Assembly: GCA_938084585.1 (NCBI GenBank)
Contig: CALKFF010000041.1
Span: 20,720-84,719 of the forward strand
Length of the DNA stretch: 64,000 bases
Reading direction: 5' to 3'
Source of the DNA: an uncultured Flavobacteriales bacterium
GTDB taxonomy: Bacteria > Bacteroidota > Bacteroidia > Flavobacteriales_D > Sanyastnellaceae
The notes beneath the pieces were generated by a model. The model saw only the letters and a program-made list of their open reading frames with translations, was not told the origin of the DNA and ran no database searches. A program made the position numbers and the translations under genes. Below, one piece after another: positions 54,705 to 64,000 of this stretch (the stretch's first letter is position 1; each line of letters begins with the position of its first letter).

Positions 54705-56396
54705 ATGCAAAGATTGATTGAATGCGTCCCCAACGTCAGCGAGGGACGGCGCCCTGAAGTGATTCAGGCTGTGGCCTCCGTGGTGGAAACGGTGGAAGGC
54801 TGCAAGCTGCTGGACGTCGACCCAGGCAAGAGCACCAACCGCACGGTCATCACGTTTGTGGGCCCGCCCGAGACGGTGGGAGAAGCGGCGTTCCGCTTGA
54901 TCAAGAAGGCCTCAGAGTTGATTGACATGTCCAAACACACGGGGGAGCACCCGCGCATGGGCGCGACCGATGTGTGTCCGTTCGTGCCGGTGGCGGGCGT
55001 GACCATGGACGAGTGCATCGACGTGGCCCGTGCGGTCGGGGAACGTGTGGGGAAGGAGCTCGGCATCCCTGGCTACTTCTACGAGTCTGCCGCGAAGCGC
55101 CCAGAGCGCAAGAACCTGGCGGTGTGCCGTCAGGGACAGTACGAGGGACTCGCCAAGTTGGCGACGGAGGACGGGGCGCCGGACTTTGGCCCTGCCGAAT
55201 TCAACGACCACGCCAAAAAGACCGGAGCCACTGCCGTTGGCGCCCGGGATTTTCTCATCGCCTACAACATCAACTTGAACACGACCTCCAGCCGGAGGGC
55301 CAACGCCATCGCGTTCGACATTCGCGAGGCGGGGCGCATCAAAAAGCGCGACGGCATCACCGGACCGGCCGTCCTCGACGACGCAGGGAACCCCGTGCGC
55401 ATCCCCGGGTCGCTGAAGGCCGTGAAGGGCATCGGCTGGTACATCGAGGAGTACGGCATTGCCCAGCTTTCGCTGAATCTCACCGACATCCATGTTACAC
55501 CGGTCCACGTGGCCTTTGACGAGGCGTCTGCCAAGGCGCAGGCCCGCGGCATTCGTGTGACAGGGTCTGAACTTGTCGGGTTGTTGCCGTTGCGCGTGTT
55601 GTTGGACGCGGCCGACCACTACTTGAGGAAGCAACAGCGTTCGCTCGGAATCAGCGAGGCGGAGAAGGTCAAGATTGCTGTGAAGTCTCTGGGCTTGGAC
55701 GATTTGGCGCCCTTCGACGCCCAAAAGCGCGTCATCGAGTACATCATCGCCGACCAGGGCAGCGCGCCGCTTGTCGGCATGACCCTGACCCAATTCGCCA
55801 ACACCACGTCATCTGAGGCGCCTGCCCCTGGGGGCGGATCCATCTCGGCCTACGCAGGCGCATTGGGTGCCGCGCTGACCACCATGGTGGGGAACCTCAG
55901 CGCCCACAAGCGGGGCTGGGACGACCGTTGGGAAATGTTCAGCCAACATGCCGAGCAGGGATTGGCGTTTCAGAACGACCTGTTGGCGCTTGTCGACGCA
56001 GACACCGCGGCTTTCGACGCGATCATGGCGGCGTACGGCATGCCCAAAGGCACTGATGCTCAGAAGGCAAAGCGCCATCAGGCCATCCAGGACGCGACGT
56101 TGAACGCCATTGACATTCCATTGAAAGTGGCCCAATTGGCGCACGACGCCCTGCCATTGGCGGCGGCCATGGCAAAGAATGGCAACCCCAACAGCGTCAC
56201 CGACGCGGGGGTGGGCGCCATGTGCTTGCGCACGGCGGTCATGGGGGCGGTGCTCAACGCGCGCATCAACTGCGGCGATTTGGAAGACCATGCCAAAGCG
56301 GCTGAGGTGCAAGCAACGTGCGCCCGACTGGTGGCGAGTGCTCAGGCTCAAGAAGCCGACATCCTTCGTGCGGTGGACGAGGTGATGGCGAAGTGA
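54705..56396 (+). CDS. ftcD: bifunctional glutamate formimidoyltransferase / formimidoyltetrahydrofolate cyclodeaminase
   Basis: Start at ATG 54705 (MQRLIECVPNVSEGRR, the classic FT N-terminus). About 325-aa FT domain, then a helical cyclodeaminase domain (SSEAPAPGGGSISAYAGALGAAL). Confidence 0.85.
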   Translation: MQRLIECVPNVSEGRRPEVIQAVASVVETVEGCKLLDVDPGKSTNRTVITFVGPPETVGEAAFRLIKKASELIDMSKHTGEHPRMGATDVCPFVPVAGVTMDECIDVARAVGERVGKELGIPGYFYESAAKRPERKNLAVCRQGQYEGLAKLATEDGAPDFGPAEFNDHAKKTGATAVGARDFLIAYNINLNTTSSRRANAIAFDIREAGRIKKRDGITGPAVLDDAGNPVRIPGSLKAVKGIGWYIEEYGIAQLSLNLTDIHVTPVHVAFDEASAKAQARGIRVTGSELVGLLPLRVLLDAADHYLRKQQRSLGISEAEKVKIAVKSLGLDDLAPFDAQKRVIEYIIADQGSAPLVGMTLTQFANTTSSEAPAPGGGSISAYAGALGAALTTMVGNLSAHKRGWDDRWEMFSQHAEQGLAFQNDLLALVDADTAAFDAIMAAYGMPKGTDAQKAKRHQAIQDATLNAIDIPLKVAQLAHDALPLAAAMAKNGNPNSVTDAGVGAMCLRTAVMGAVLNARINCGDLEDHAKAAEVQATCARLVASAQAQEADILRAVDEVMAK

Positions 56397-56422
56397 ATGG
56401 GGAGAACGAAAGTTCCAAGCAC

Positions 56423-56453
56423 AAAAAAGCCAACCCAATGGGTTGGCTTTTTT
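56423..56453. terminator. bidirectional rho-independent terminator between ftcD and rplS
   Basis: Perfect 9-bp stem AGCCAACCC / GGGTTGGCT (56428-56436 and 56440-56448), loop AAT, with A6 upstream and T6 downstream. Confidence 0.8.
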
Positions 56454-56472
56454 GATGCGGTGAACCGTCGGT

Positions 56473-56826
56473 TCAACGCGCGACGCGACGCTCCTTGATG
56501 CGGGCCGACTTGCCGGTGCGCTCACGCAAGTAGTAAATGCGGGCGCGACGGACCTTGCCCCGCTTGTTCACCACGATGCTGTCCAAGGAAGGAGAGGAGA
56601 TGGGGAAGATGCGCTCGACGCCCACGCCGCTGGCCATCTTGCGAACGGTGAACGTTTCTGTCGTTCCAGATCCACGGCGTTGCAGGACCACGCCTTGGAA
56701 TGCCTGAAGGCGTTCCTTGTTGCCTTCCTTAATCTTCAACGTCACGGTGACGGTGTCGCCGGTGGCGAACTCAGGCCAATCCTTGGTTTCGACCAACTTG
56801 GCGGTGATGTCTTTGATGCGGTCCAT
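56473..56826 (-). CDS. rplS: 50S ribosomal protein L19
   Basis: Start at ATG 56826 ([28 protein letters not shown]). 117 aa. Confidence 0.95.
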   Translation of the reverse strand: MDRIKDITAKLVETKDWPEFATGDTVTVTLKIKEGNKERLQAFQGVVLQRRGSGTTETFTVRKMASGVGVERIFPISSPSLDSIVVNKRGKVRRARIYYLRERTGKSARIKERRVAR

Positions 56827-56988
56827 GGTATGCTGGTTGCTTTTTGAAAGAGGGCTCCTCCAGTGAGGTTTGTCCATTTCGGGGTGCAATATTACGGAAA
56901 TTCCTGGAGTCAGCGTTGCTTTCTCTCAAGAATAATGGCCAGTTGTCCACCTGCAGCTGTGAACGAATCTGGACCTGGGGTTGGCAGA

Positions 56989-57675
56989 TCAGCCTTCTCG
57001 TCCTTCCAACAGGTCGGGGCGGCGTGCCTTGGTTCTGGCCAGCGCCTGCGCTTCTTGCCACGCATCGATGGCCGCGTGGTTCCCGCTGAGCAGCACGTCG
57101 GGCACCTTCCACCCGTTGTACTCCGCAGGCCTTGTGTAGACTGGTGGAGCCAACAGACCGTCTTGAAAGCTGTCGCTCAACGCGCTGGTCTCGTCCCCAA
57201 TCACACCAGGCACCAACCGAACCAAGGCGTCGGTCAGCACGGCCGCGGCCAATTCGCCACCGCTCAACACGTAATCGCCGATGCTCAACTCGAGGGTGAT
57301 CACGTGGTCGCGCAGACGCTGGTCGATGCCTTTGTAGTGCCCGCAGATGAGCATCAGGTTGCCCGAGAGCGAAAGTTGGTTGACCCGTGGTTGGGCCAAA
57401 GTCTCGCCATCTGGGGTCAAAAAGATCACCTCGTCGTACACCCGTTGCGACTGCAAGTCGGTGATGGCGTCGTGCAAGGGCTGCATGGCCAACACCATCC
57501 CTGCGGCGGTGCCGAAAGGCGCGTCGTCCACTTTGTTGTGCTTGTTGGTGCTCCAGTCTCGAAGGTTGTGCACGTGCACTTCCACAAGGCCCTTCTCGAT
57601 GCCTCGCTTCACAATGCTTTCGTCAAAGGGCCCTTTCAAGAGCCCGGGCAACACAGTCACGATGTCGATGCGCAT
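56989..57675 (-). CDS. trmD: tRNA (guanine37-N1)-methyltransferase
   Basis: 228 aa from ATG 57675 ([21 protein letters not shown]). [22 protein letters not shown]. This is the 3' quarter of the 992-aa ORF-track entry; the rest is a shadow ORF antisense to ppc. Confidence 0.95.
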   Translation of the reverse strand: MRIDIVTVLPGLLKGPFDESIVKRGIEKGLVEVHVHNLRDWSTNKHNKVDDAPFGTAAGMVLAMQPLHDAITDLQSQRVYDEVIFLTPDGETLAQPRVNQLSLSGNLMLICGHYKGIDQRLRDHVITLELSIGDYVLSGGELAAAVLTDALVRLVPGVIGDETSALSDSFQDGLLAPPVYTRPAEYNGWKVPDVLLSGNHAAIDAWQEAQALARTKARRPDLLEGREG

Positions 57676-57680
57676 GGTTT

Positions 57681-57688
57681 CAAAAGTA
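57681..57688 (-). promoter_or_regulatory. -7 promoter box TACTTTTG for trmD
   Basis: Perfect TAnnTTTG, 5 nt before ATG 57675. Confidence 0.4.
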
Positions 57689-57693
57689 CGGGG

Positions 57694-57701
57694 TAATTTT
57701 G
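57694..57701 (+). promoter_or_regulatory. -7 promoter box TAATTTTG for ppc
   Basis: Perfect TAnnTTTG, 7 nt before ATG 57709. It sits back-to-back with the trmD box, 5 nt apart. Confidence 0.4.
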
Positions 57702-57708
57702 CCGAATC

Positions 57709-60273
57709 ATGCGTGAAAAGAGGGATTATCGGTCGGTGGTGAGTCACCCGTATCAGGTGTTCAACGGCATCTTTTTGACCTTGCCGTTGGATGGCATTCG
57801 TCAGACAGGACTGCGTGTGCCGCTGCTGCAAGAGGCTTGTGAAATTGGATTGGAGCGCGGCGACGCGCCGCACGACATCCTGGAGGGCTTTTTGTCCAGC
57901 CAGGGAAGCCCTTCGACCGAGGCGGCGGCGGCGTTGTTGTTTCGCATCATCCAATACATCGAGCGTCAAGTTGTGCTTGTGGACGCGCTCGAAGACGCCC
58001 GATACGCCCAGCTGAACGACATGGGCGGGGCAGAGTCGTTGCAGAGTTTGATGCAACGTGTGCGTCGTCATGGCTTGGAAAAAGAGATGCGGGACATGTT
58101 GGCAGAGTACGCCGTCCGCGTGGTGCTCACATCTCACCCAACCCAATTCTACCCGGGTAACGTCTTGGCCATCATCACCGACTTGGCCTTGGCCATGGAA
58201 GACAACGACTTGGTCAACATCCGCAAACGGTTGCACCAACTCGGGCTGACGCCGTTCTTCCAAAGCGAGCCTCCCACACCTTACGAGGAGGCCATCCGAC
58301 AGATTTGGTACCTCGAGAACGTGTTTTTCGAAGCCTGTTCGGCGCTGGGAGCACGTGTCGCCAACGCGTTGGGACGCCCCAACGGCGAGGGCTTGAACAT
58401 GGGCATGTTGCGCATCGGGTTTTGGCCTGGAGGCGACCGAGACGGCAATCCGTACGTCGGCGCGGACACCACGTTGCGCGTGGCCCGCAAGTTGAAGTTG
58501 ACGTTGTTGCGATGCTACCGCAAGGAGCTGCGGGAAATGCGGCGCCTCGTGACCTTCAAAGGGCTTGAGGGTGAATTGGACATGTTGCAAAGCATGATCG
58601 AGGAAGCCATCTTCAATTCCAGCGATTTGTCGTTGAAGCAAGAGGTGTTGTTGGAAGGCTTGGGCAGGTTGGAGCGCCGAGTGGAGGAGGAGTTCAACGG
58701 ATTGTATTTGGACCAAATCCGCCAGCTCATGTTCAAGGTGCGCATGTTTGGGATGCACTTCGCGTCGCTGGACATCCGCCAAGACGCCCGGGTGGTGAAA
58801 AAAGCTTTCTTGGCGTTGCTCGAAGCGCAATCCGGAACCGCTGCTGTGGAGGCCTTTGAGTCGATGTCGGAGGCCGAGGCGTTGGACTTTTTGTTTGCCT
58901 ACAACCAACCTCACAACGGCGCGCTTGAGGAAGACCGTCACCAAGACGTGTTGGACAGCCTCCGGGCCATGCAGGAGATTCAGCGGCACAACGGAGAAGC
59001 GGGGTGTCACCGGTTCATCCTCAGCAACTGCGCTGGGGCGTTGGACATCGCCATCCTTCACGCCATGGTCAAAGCCAGCGGATGGGAAGGGCCGATGACG
59101 TTGGACCTCGTGCCGCTCTTCGAGTCCATCCAAGACCTCGACGGGGCCAAGGCCGAGATGGCCAAGCTCTACACGCACCCTGTGTACGCAGCCCACCTGG
59201 ACACACGCGCCGGCGACCAAACCGTCATGCTCGGTTTTTCGGACGGCACCAAGGATGGAGGCTACCTCCGGGCCAACTGGGCGATTTACCGGGCCAAGCA
59301 AAGCCTGACCGACATCAGCCGCGAACACGTACGCACGGTGATGTTCTTCGACGGTCGTGGCGGTCCGCCTGCCCGAGGTGGCGGCAACACCCACCGCTTC
59401 TACGCGTCGTTGGGTCGCGACATCGAAAACCGAGAAATCCAAACGACCATTCAAGGACAGACCATCTCGTCCAACTTTGGCATCCCGAAGTCGGCTGGTT
59501 TCAACCTGGAATTGCTGTTCACGGCCGGGGTGAAGAACCGTCTGTTTGACGAGGAGGAGACCCAGATTTCGGCGGCCGACGCGGCCCTTCTTGATGAGCT
59601 TGGGGAGACGTCCCATGCCCATTACTTGGCCTTGAGGAACCGGCCTGAGTTCACGGAGTACTTGGCCACCTTCGGCACCCTGAAGTATTACGGCGCCACC
59701 AACATCGGCAGCCGGCCCACGTCGCGGGCGAAGGACGGGGCCATCAACTTTGGCGACCTGCGGGCCATCCCGTTTGTGGGGTCGTGGTCGCAGTTGAAGC
59801 AAAACGTGCCAGGCTACTTTGGTCTGGGCACGGCCTTGGAAGCGCTCGACCGCAAAGGCCGTCTTGATGAGGCTGCTGGGTTGTACCGGCGCAACGCCTT
59901 CTTCCGGACGCTCGTGGAGAACTCCATGCAATCCATGACCAAGTGCGATTTCCGTCTCACGGCGCACCTCTCAGACCACCCCACATTTGGAGGGTTGTGG
60001 AACACGGTGCACGAGGAATTCGAGCGCACCCGTGTGCTTGTGCTGGCCATCACCGGTCAGGCCGACCTCATGGAAACGGTGCCCGCCATCAAGGAGAGCA
60101 TCCGTCTCCGCGACAGCATCATTCAGCCGCTGTTGGTCATCCAGCAGTTCGCCTTGACAGAAATGGACCGGCAGGTGAGGGGAGAGTCGTCGTCTTGGAG
60201 TCCTGACATGTTGCGCAAGCTGATCATCCGGACGATGTACGGCATTGTGAACGCCAGCCGCAACGCGGTTTAA
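57709..60273 (+). CDS. ppc: phosphoenolpyruvate carboxylase
   Basis: 854 aa. [18 protein letters not shown]-like [24 protein letters not shown], and a C-terminal ...NASRNAV-type tail. Confidence 0.93.
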   Translation: MREKRDYRSVVSHPYQVFNGIFLTLPLDGIRQTGLRVPLLQEACEIGLERGDAPHDILEGFLSSQGSPSTEAAAALLFRIIQYIERQVVLVDALEDARYAQLNDMGGAESLQSLMQRVRRHGLEKEMRDMLAEYAVRVVLTSHPTQFYPGNVLAIITDLALAMEDNDLVNIRKRLHQLGLTPFFQSEPPTPYEEAIRQIWYLENVFFEACSALGARVANALGRPNGEGLNMGMLRIGFWPGGDRDGNPYVGADTTLRVARKLKLTLLRCYRKELREMRRLVTFKGLEGELDMLQSMIEEAIFNSSDLSLKQEVLLEGLGRLERRVEEEFNGLYLDQIRQLMFKVRMFGMHFASLDIRQDARVVKKAFLALLEAQSGTAAVEAFESMSEAEALDFLFAYNQPHNGALEEDRHQDVLDSLRAMQEIQRHNGEAGCHRFILSNCAGALDIAILHAMVKASGWEGPMTLDLVPLFESIQDLDGAKAEMAKLYTHPVYAAHLDTRAGDQTVMLGFSDGTKDGGYLRANWAIYRAKQSLTDISREHVRTVMFFDGRGGPPARGGGNTHRFYASLGRDIENREIQTTIQGQTISSNFGIPKSAGFNLELLFTAGVKNRLFDEEETQISAADAALLDELGETSHAHYLALRNRPEFTEYLATFGTLKYYGATNIGSRPTSRAKDGAINFGDLRAIPFVGSWSQLKQNVPGYFGLGTALEALDRKGRLDEAAGLYRRNAFFRTLVENSMQSMTKCDFRLTAHLSDHPTFGGLWNTVHEEFERTRVLVLAITGQADLMETVPAIKESIRLRDSIIQPLLVIQQFALTEMDRQVRGESSSWSPDMLRKLIIRTMYGIVNASRNAV

Positions 60274-60289
60274 CCCGAACGCCAGACAC

Positions 60290-60322
60290 AAAAAAGCCCG
60301 AACCAATGGGTCCGGGCTTTTT
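60290..60322. terminator. bidirectional rho-independent terminator between ppc and the S46 peptidase gene
   Basis: Stem AGCCCGAACC / GGTCCGGGCT (one mismatch), loop AATG, with A-run upstream and T-run downstream. Confidence 0.7.
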
Positions 60323-60339
60323 CATTCGTGCCATCATGG

Positions 60340-62553
60340 TCACTTGTCGTTGGCAGGATCGCTGATTTGGGCTTCTTGAGAGGCAGGGTCTTCAACTTCC
60401 TCAGAGGCGTAGACGAAGTCCATCTCCTCGATGAGGTTGGTGCATCCGGCGTACTTGTCGAGGATCCACATCACGTAGCGGATGTCCACAGAAATGGTGC
60501 GCTGGAGACGTGGCTCGAAGGCGATGTCGCCGCTCATGGCTTCCCAGTTGCCGTCGAAGGCCAAACCGATCAAGTCGCCGTTGGCATTCATCACTGGGCT
60601 TCCTGAGTTTCCACCTGTGATGTCGGTGCCGTGGATGAAACACACCACCAGGTCGCCGCGGTCGTTGGCGTACGGGCCGAAGTCGCGTGCCTTGATGAGC
60701 TCTTCCAAGCGCTCTGGCACGACAAACTCGGGGTTGCTGTTGTCCTTCTTCTCCAAGATGCCGTTGGCGGTGGTCACAAAGTCGTAGTACACGGCGTCGG
60801 CGGGCTTGTATTCGCCCACAGGTCCGTAGGTCAAACGCATGGTCGAGTTGGCATCAGGGTAGTAAGCCTTGTTGGGCATCAACTCACGCAAGCCGCGCAC
60901 GAACAAGCGGTAACCGCGGTCAAACTTCTCCTGAATCTCCGGAGAGGTGCCCTGGCTGTAGCGTTCGTAGATGCTCATCGCCATGCTGATGGCCAAGTCG
61001 TTGTCGAACGTCTTCTCCTTGGGGTTGTCCAAAAACGCTGCAAAAGCTTCCGCCGTGCGCAGGGGCGACTTGCTGTAGATCTTGGCGGCATACGCGCCGA
61101 AGTCGCCTTTGTACTTGTCTTCCACCACTTGAAATTCGCGGGGCCACAATTCTGGGGCGATGTCGTCGCGGTACTTGGTCAACATCTTCACGAAGAGCTC
61201 GCGGTCTGTGTCTTGGTCGTAGTCCTTGAAGTGGGCGTCGGCCAAGCCTTGGAGCATCTCCTTGGTGGCTTCAGCTGCGCCTTCGTCCTCCCCGAACAAC
61301 CCCGCACCGCGGAAGCCCACACGCAGTCCAAACAAGACGATGTCGCTGCCCAACAGGCCAGCCTCACGCGCGTAGACCTCGCCACGCACCGTGGCGTCGG
61401 TGGCCGCGTAATATTCTTCGATCAATCCGAGGGCCTCGCCATATGTGCCTTGGCGGTCGGGGGTGCTCACGGCCCAGCGGTTGAAGAGGTCCTCCAACTT
61501 TTCTTTTTGGGCTTGGACTTCAAGGCGCTTGAGGCCTTTGGTTTGGCCGATGTAGTACTTCCAGTAGTTCGCAGTCTGTGCGTACTTGGCGGCGTACTTG
61601 ATGCGCACGGCCTTGTCGGCGTCCATGTGGCTCTTCATCGTCTTGAGCTTCAAGTCGCGGCAATCCACCACAGAAGGGTTGTACAGGTTGATGGCCTGCT
61701 CAACACCCCAGCTGCTGAGGAAACGGTCGGTGCTGCCTGGGTAGCCCATCACCATGGTGAAGTCGCCCTGCTTGACGCCTTCCATGCTGATTTTGAGGTG
61801 ACGCTTGGGGGTGTAAGGCACGTTGTCTTCGCTGTACGCTGCGGGGTTGTTGTCCGCGTCTGCGTAGATGCGCACCATGCTGAAGTCGCCGGTGTGGCGT
61901 GGCCACATCCAGTTGTCGGTGTCGCCACCGTACTTGCCCACGCTCTCGGGTGGGGCCGCCACCAAGCGAACGTCGTTGTAGTCGCGGTAGGTGAAGACGT
62001 AGTACTCGTTGCCGTAATACATGGACTTGACGTCGTAGCTCAACGAAGCGTCGGCCTCTGTGTATTCAGCTTGAATTGCCTTGATTTCCTCCGCCACAGC
62101 GGCAGCGCGTTCGGCTTCAGGCATGTCGTCGTTGACCTTGGCCAAGATGCGTTCTGTCACGTCGTCGATGCGCTCCAAGAAGCTCACGTAGAAGTCGTCG
62201 ATGTGCATTTCTTGGTCCTTGCTCTTGGCCCAGAATCCGTCCGTCAAGTAGTCGCTCTCGGGGGTGCTGAAGCTCTGGATGGCGCCGTACGCACAGTGGT
62301 GATTGGTCAACACCAAACCCTGGCTGGAGATGACCTCCGCAGTGCAGCTTCCTCCGTTCAGCCGAACAATGGCGTCCTTGAGCGAGGCGTTGTTGATGTC
62401 GTAGATGTCCTGGGCGGAGAGGCGCAAGCCAGACTTTTGCATGTCGGCTTCGTTGATGCGTTGCAGCATGTGCAGCAACCACATCCCCTCGTCGGCGCGG
62501 GCGGTGTTCAGCAGGAGCAAGAAGAGCGCCCCCAAAGTGGTGAATCGTGTCAT
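60340..62553 (-). CDS. S46 family dipeptidyl-peptidase (DPP7-like)
   Basis: Start at ATG 62553 (MTRFTTLGALFLLLLNTARADEGMWLL). The ORF-track start at 62583 is a TTG. Catalytic TNHHCA, GGNSGSPV. The FDGNWE segment carries Gly where DPP11 has Arg. Confidence 0.85.
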   Translation of the reverse strand: MTRFTTLGALFLLLLNTARADEGMWLLHMLQRINEADMQKSGLRLSAQDIYDINNASLKDAIVRLNGGSCTAEVISSQGLVLTNHHCAYGAIQSFSTPESDYLTDGFWAKSKDQEMHIDDFYVSFLERIDDVTERILAKVNDDMPEAERAAAVAEEIKAIQAEYTEADASLSYDVKSMYYGNEYYVFTYRDYNDVRLVAAPPESVGKYGGDTDNWMWPRHTGDFSMVRIYADADNNPAAYSEDNVPYTPKRHLKISMEGVKQGDFTMVMGYPGSTDRFLSSWGVEQAINLYNPSVVDCRDLKLKTMKSHMDADKAVRIKYAAKYAQTANYWKYYIGQTKGLKRLEVQAQKEKLEDLFNRWAVSTPDRQGTYGEALGLIEEYYAATDATVRGEVYAREAGLLGSDIVLFGLRVGFRGAGLFGEDEGAAEATKEMLQGLADAHFKDYDQDTDRELFVKMLTKYRDDIAPELWPREFQVVEDKYKGDFGAYAAKIYSKSPLRTAEAFAAFLDNPKEKTFDNDLAISMAMSIYERYSQGTSPEIQEKFDRGYRLFVRGLRELMPNKAYYPDANSTMRLTYGPVGEYKPADAVYYDFVTTANGILEKKDNSNPEFVVPERLEELIKARDFGPYANDRGDLVVCFIHGTDITGGNSGSPVMNANGDLIGLAFDGNWEAMSGDIAFEPRLQRTISVDIRYVMWILDKYAGCTNLIEEMDFVYASEEVEDPASQEAQISDPANDK

Positions 62554-62579
62554 GTGTTTGAAGATTGGATGTTCAGGTT

Positions 62580-63068
62580 TCAACGTGCGTCTTCGGCTGT
62601 GGCTTGCCAGTCCATTCGGCCCACCAACCGTTCGATGCGCGTGTAAATTTCATTCAAGTTGGGTCCACCGTAGCGGTTCATCACCGACCAGTCGTGGATG
62701 GTCAGGGTGGTCGAAGGCAAGTCCATCACCCTAGGGTCGTCGTAGCGCGCGGCCAACGTGTCGAAGCCCATGGCCCGGGCCTCGTCGGCCACCAAGCCCC
62801 AGACGCCCACATCGACCTGCGCGGTGTGTCGCCCTTGCGACAGCGAACGGCCGAATGCTTCGTCGCAGAACCGTCCGACGTCCAAGGTCGCTCGGCCGTC
62901 GCTCAGCACACGCAGAGAATACACAGGGCAACGGCCGTGGCAGGGGGTGCGCTCCAAGCCCACCAACACCGCGTCAGAAGTCCCGCTGGAAATCGTGTCC
63001 TGGGTGGATCCGCAAGACCACGCAAGGCATCCCAGCGCCACAAACCACGTCGACAACACCCCTCGCAT
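62580..63068 (-). CDS. small lipoprotein, DUF6438-like (hypothetical)
   Basis: Lipobox LGCLAWSC. ERTPCHGRCPVYSL motif as I remember for DUF6438. ATG 63068 shares one base with the yidC stop (TGATG). GTG 63071 is the alternative start. Confidence 0.6.
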   Translation of the reverse strand: MRGVLSTWFVALGCLAWSCGSTQDTISSGTSDAVLVGLERTPCHGRCPVYSLRVLSDGRATLDVGRFCDEAFGRSLSQGRHTAQVDVGVWGLVADEARAMGFDTLAARYDDPRVMDLPSTTLTIHDWSVMNRYGGPNLNEIYTRIERLVGRMDWQATAEDAR

Positions 63069-64000
63069 CACTTCTTTTTGCGCTTGGCCCGGGTGTCGTT
63101 CTTCTTGCGCTCGGTTTCCTTTTGCTTTTTCTCCGCTTCTTTCGCCGCCTCCTGAAGGCGTTCCATGAAGCTGGGTTTGGTGCGGGCACCGGCCTTGGAC
63201 CGGTTGTTGTCAATCTTCGCGCGGATTTTGTCCTCGTTGATGAAGAACCGCTTGATGGTCAACATTTGGCCGATGCTGACCATGTTGGCGGTGAAGTAGT
63301 ACATGCTCAACCCAGAGGCAAACCCATTGAAGAAGAACAACATGGTGAAAGGCATGATGGTCTGAATGGTCTTCATGTCGGGCATGCCCGGTTGGGTAGG
63401 CATGCTTTGGTTGGCCATGGACATGCGCATGTAGACGAACATCGAAGCCGCCATCAACAAGGTGAAGCCGCTGACATGTGCGCCGTAGAAGGGGATGCTG
63501 AAGGGCAAGGTCAACAGGCTGTCGAAGGCCCCCAGGTCGTCGGCCCACAGGAACGATTGACCGCGGAGGTCAATGTTGGAGGGGAAGAACCTGAACATCG
63601 CGTAGAGGATGGGCATCTGGAGCAAGCCTGGCAGACATCCCGCCATCGGGTTGACCCCGGTCTTGCGGTAGAGCTCCATGGTTTCCTTTTGGCGCTCCAT
63701 GGCGTCTTCCTTGTGACGCTCGTTGATTTCGTTGAGCTCGGGCCGCAGCACCCGCATCTTCGCCGAGCTCATGTAGTTTTTCCATGTGACGGGAAAGAGC
63801 GCGCTCTTGATGACCAGCGTCAAGACCAGGATGATCAGTCCCATGTTGCCGATGTAGTTGGCCACGAAGCCGTACACCGGGAGGATGACGTTTCGGTTGA
63901 CCCAACCAAAGATCCACCACCCGTAGTCGATGATGCGTCCGACCTCCTCAAACCCAGTGGTTTCCAGCGAGGCCAAGTCGTTGGGGCCAAAGTAGAAGTG
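63068..64000 (-). CDS. yidC: membrane protein insertase YidC, C-terminal part (gene continues beyond window end)
   Basis: Frame is open to position 64000 (HFYFGPNDLASLE...). Conserved 60-kDa insertase core (GLIILVLTLVIKSALFPVT, GCLPGLLQMPILYAMF) and a Lys-rich tail. Confidence 0.9.
   Translation of the reverse strand, partial: HFYFGPNDLASLETTGFEEVGRIIDYGWWIFGWVNRNVILPVYGFVANYIGNMGLIILVLTLVIKSALFPVTWKNYMSSAKMRVLRPELNEINERHKEDAMERQKETMELYRKTGVNPMAGCLPGLLQMPILYAMFRFFPSNIDLRGQSFLWADDLGAFDSLLTLPFSIPFYGAHVSGFTLLMAASMFVYMRMSMANQSMPTQPGMPDMKTIQTIMPFTMLFFFNGFASGLSMYYFTANMVSIGQMLTIKRFFINEDKIRAKIDNNRSKAGARTKPSFMERLQEAAKEAEKKQKETERKKNDTRAKRKKK

Noticed and set aside
57676-59967. The 992-aa minus-strand ORF (56989-59967), which would add about 760 aa to the N-terminus of TrmD
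   Set aside because: Its codons are exactly in register with the plus-strand ppc codons (59965-57709 is a multiple of 3). Antisense stops could arise only from sense TTA, CTA or TCA codons, which a GC-rich genome avoids, so a long open shadow frame is expected. The translation is Arg/Gly/His/Val-rich with no recognisable motifs. TrmD has its own ATG at 57675, preceded by a perfect -7 box.

Overview
Compact, gene-dense chromosomal segment with about 51 protein-coding genes. Most spacers are under 30 nt and many neighbouring genes have ATGA, GTGA, TTGA or TGATG start/stop overlaps. GC is roughly 60% by eye (not computed). I assign it to a Bacteroidota genome on four grounds: a type-A T9SS C-terminal sorting domain, an S46 peptidase, nine perfect TAnnTTTG -7 promoter boxes correctly placed in the few spacers, and no Shine-Dalgarno motifs. 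Content is mostly housekeeping: truA, pyrG, aroA, aroC, ubiE/menG, recR, gyrB, rplS, trmD, ppc, yidC and ftsE. Metabolic and transport genes include paaABCD-paaI with divergent paaE, hutH, hutI-ftcD, trkH, zupT, a DAACS symporter and an SSF symporter. Envelope genes include glycosyltransferases, an M16 peptidase pair, and an OmpA/TPR/beta-barrel trio. I found no rRNA, tRNA, CRISPR array, transposase, integrase or obvious defence island. The most unusual element is a 1350-aa T9SS cargo protein (6137-10189, minus strand). It is built from repeated Cys-rich modules, including four Kazal-like domains with acidic predicted P1 residues. Secondary oddities: an uncharacterised OmpA/TolB-like, giant-TPR and beta-barrel module; a gyrB operon carrying an HMA-MauE fusion plus an SDR; a GT2 fused to a catalytically truncated polyprenyl-phosphate glycosyl-phosphotransferase scaffold; four convergent gene pairs with overlapping 3' ends; and promoters sitting 4-7 nt from start codons, which implies leaderless mRNAs. 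All family assignments rest on motif recognition from memory, since no database search was possible. Many ORF-track entries are shadow ORFs, or carry N-terminal extensions that I trimmed.
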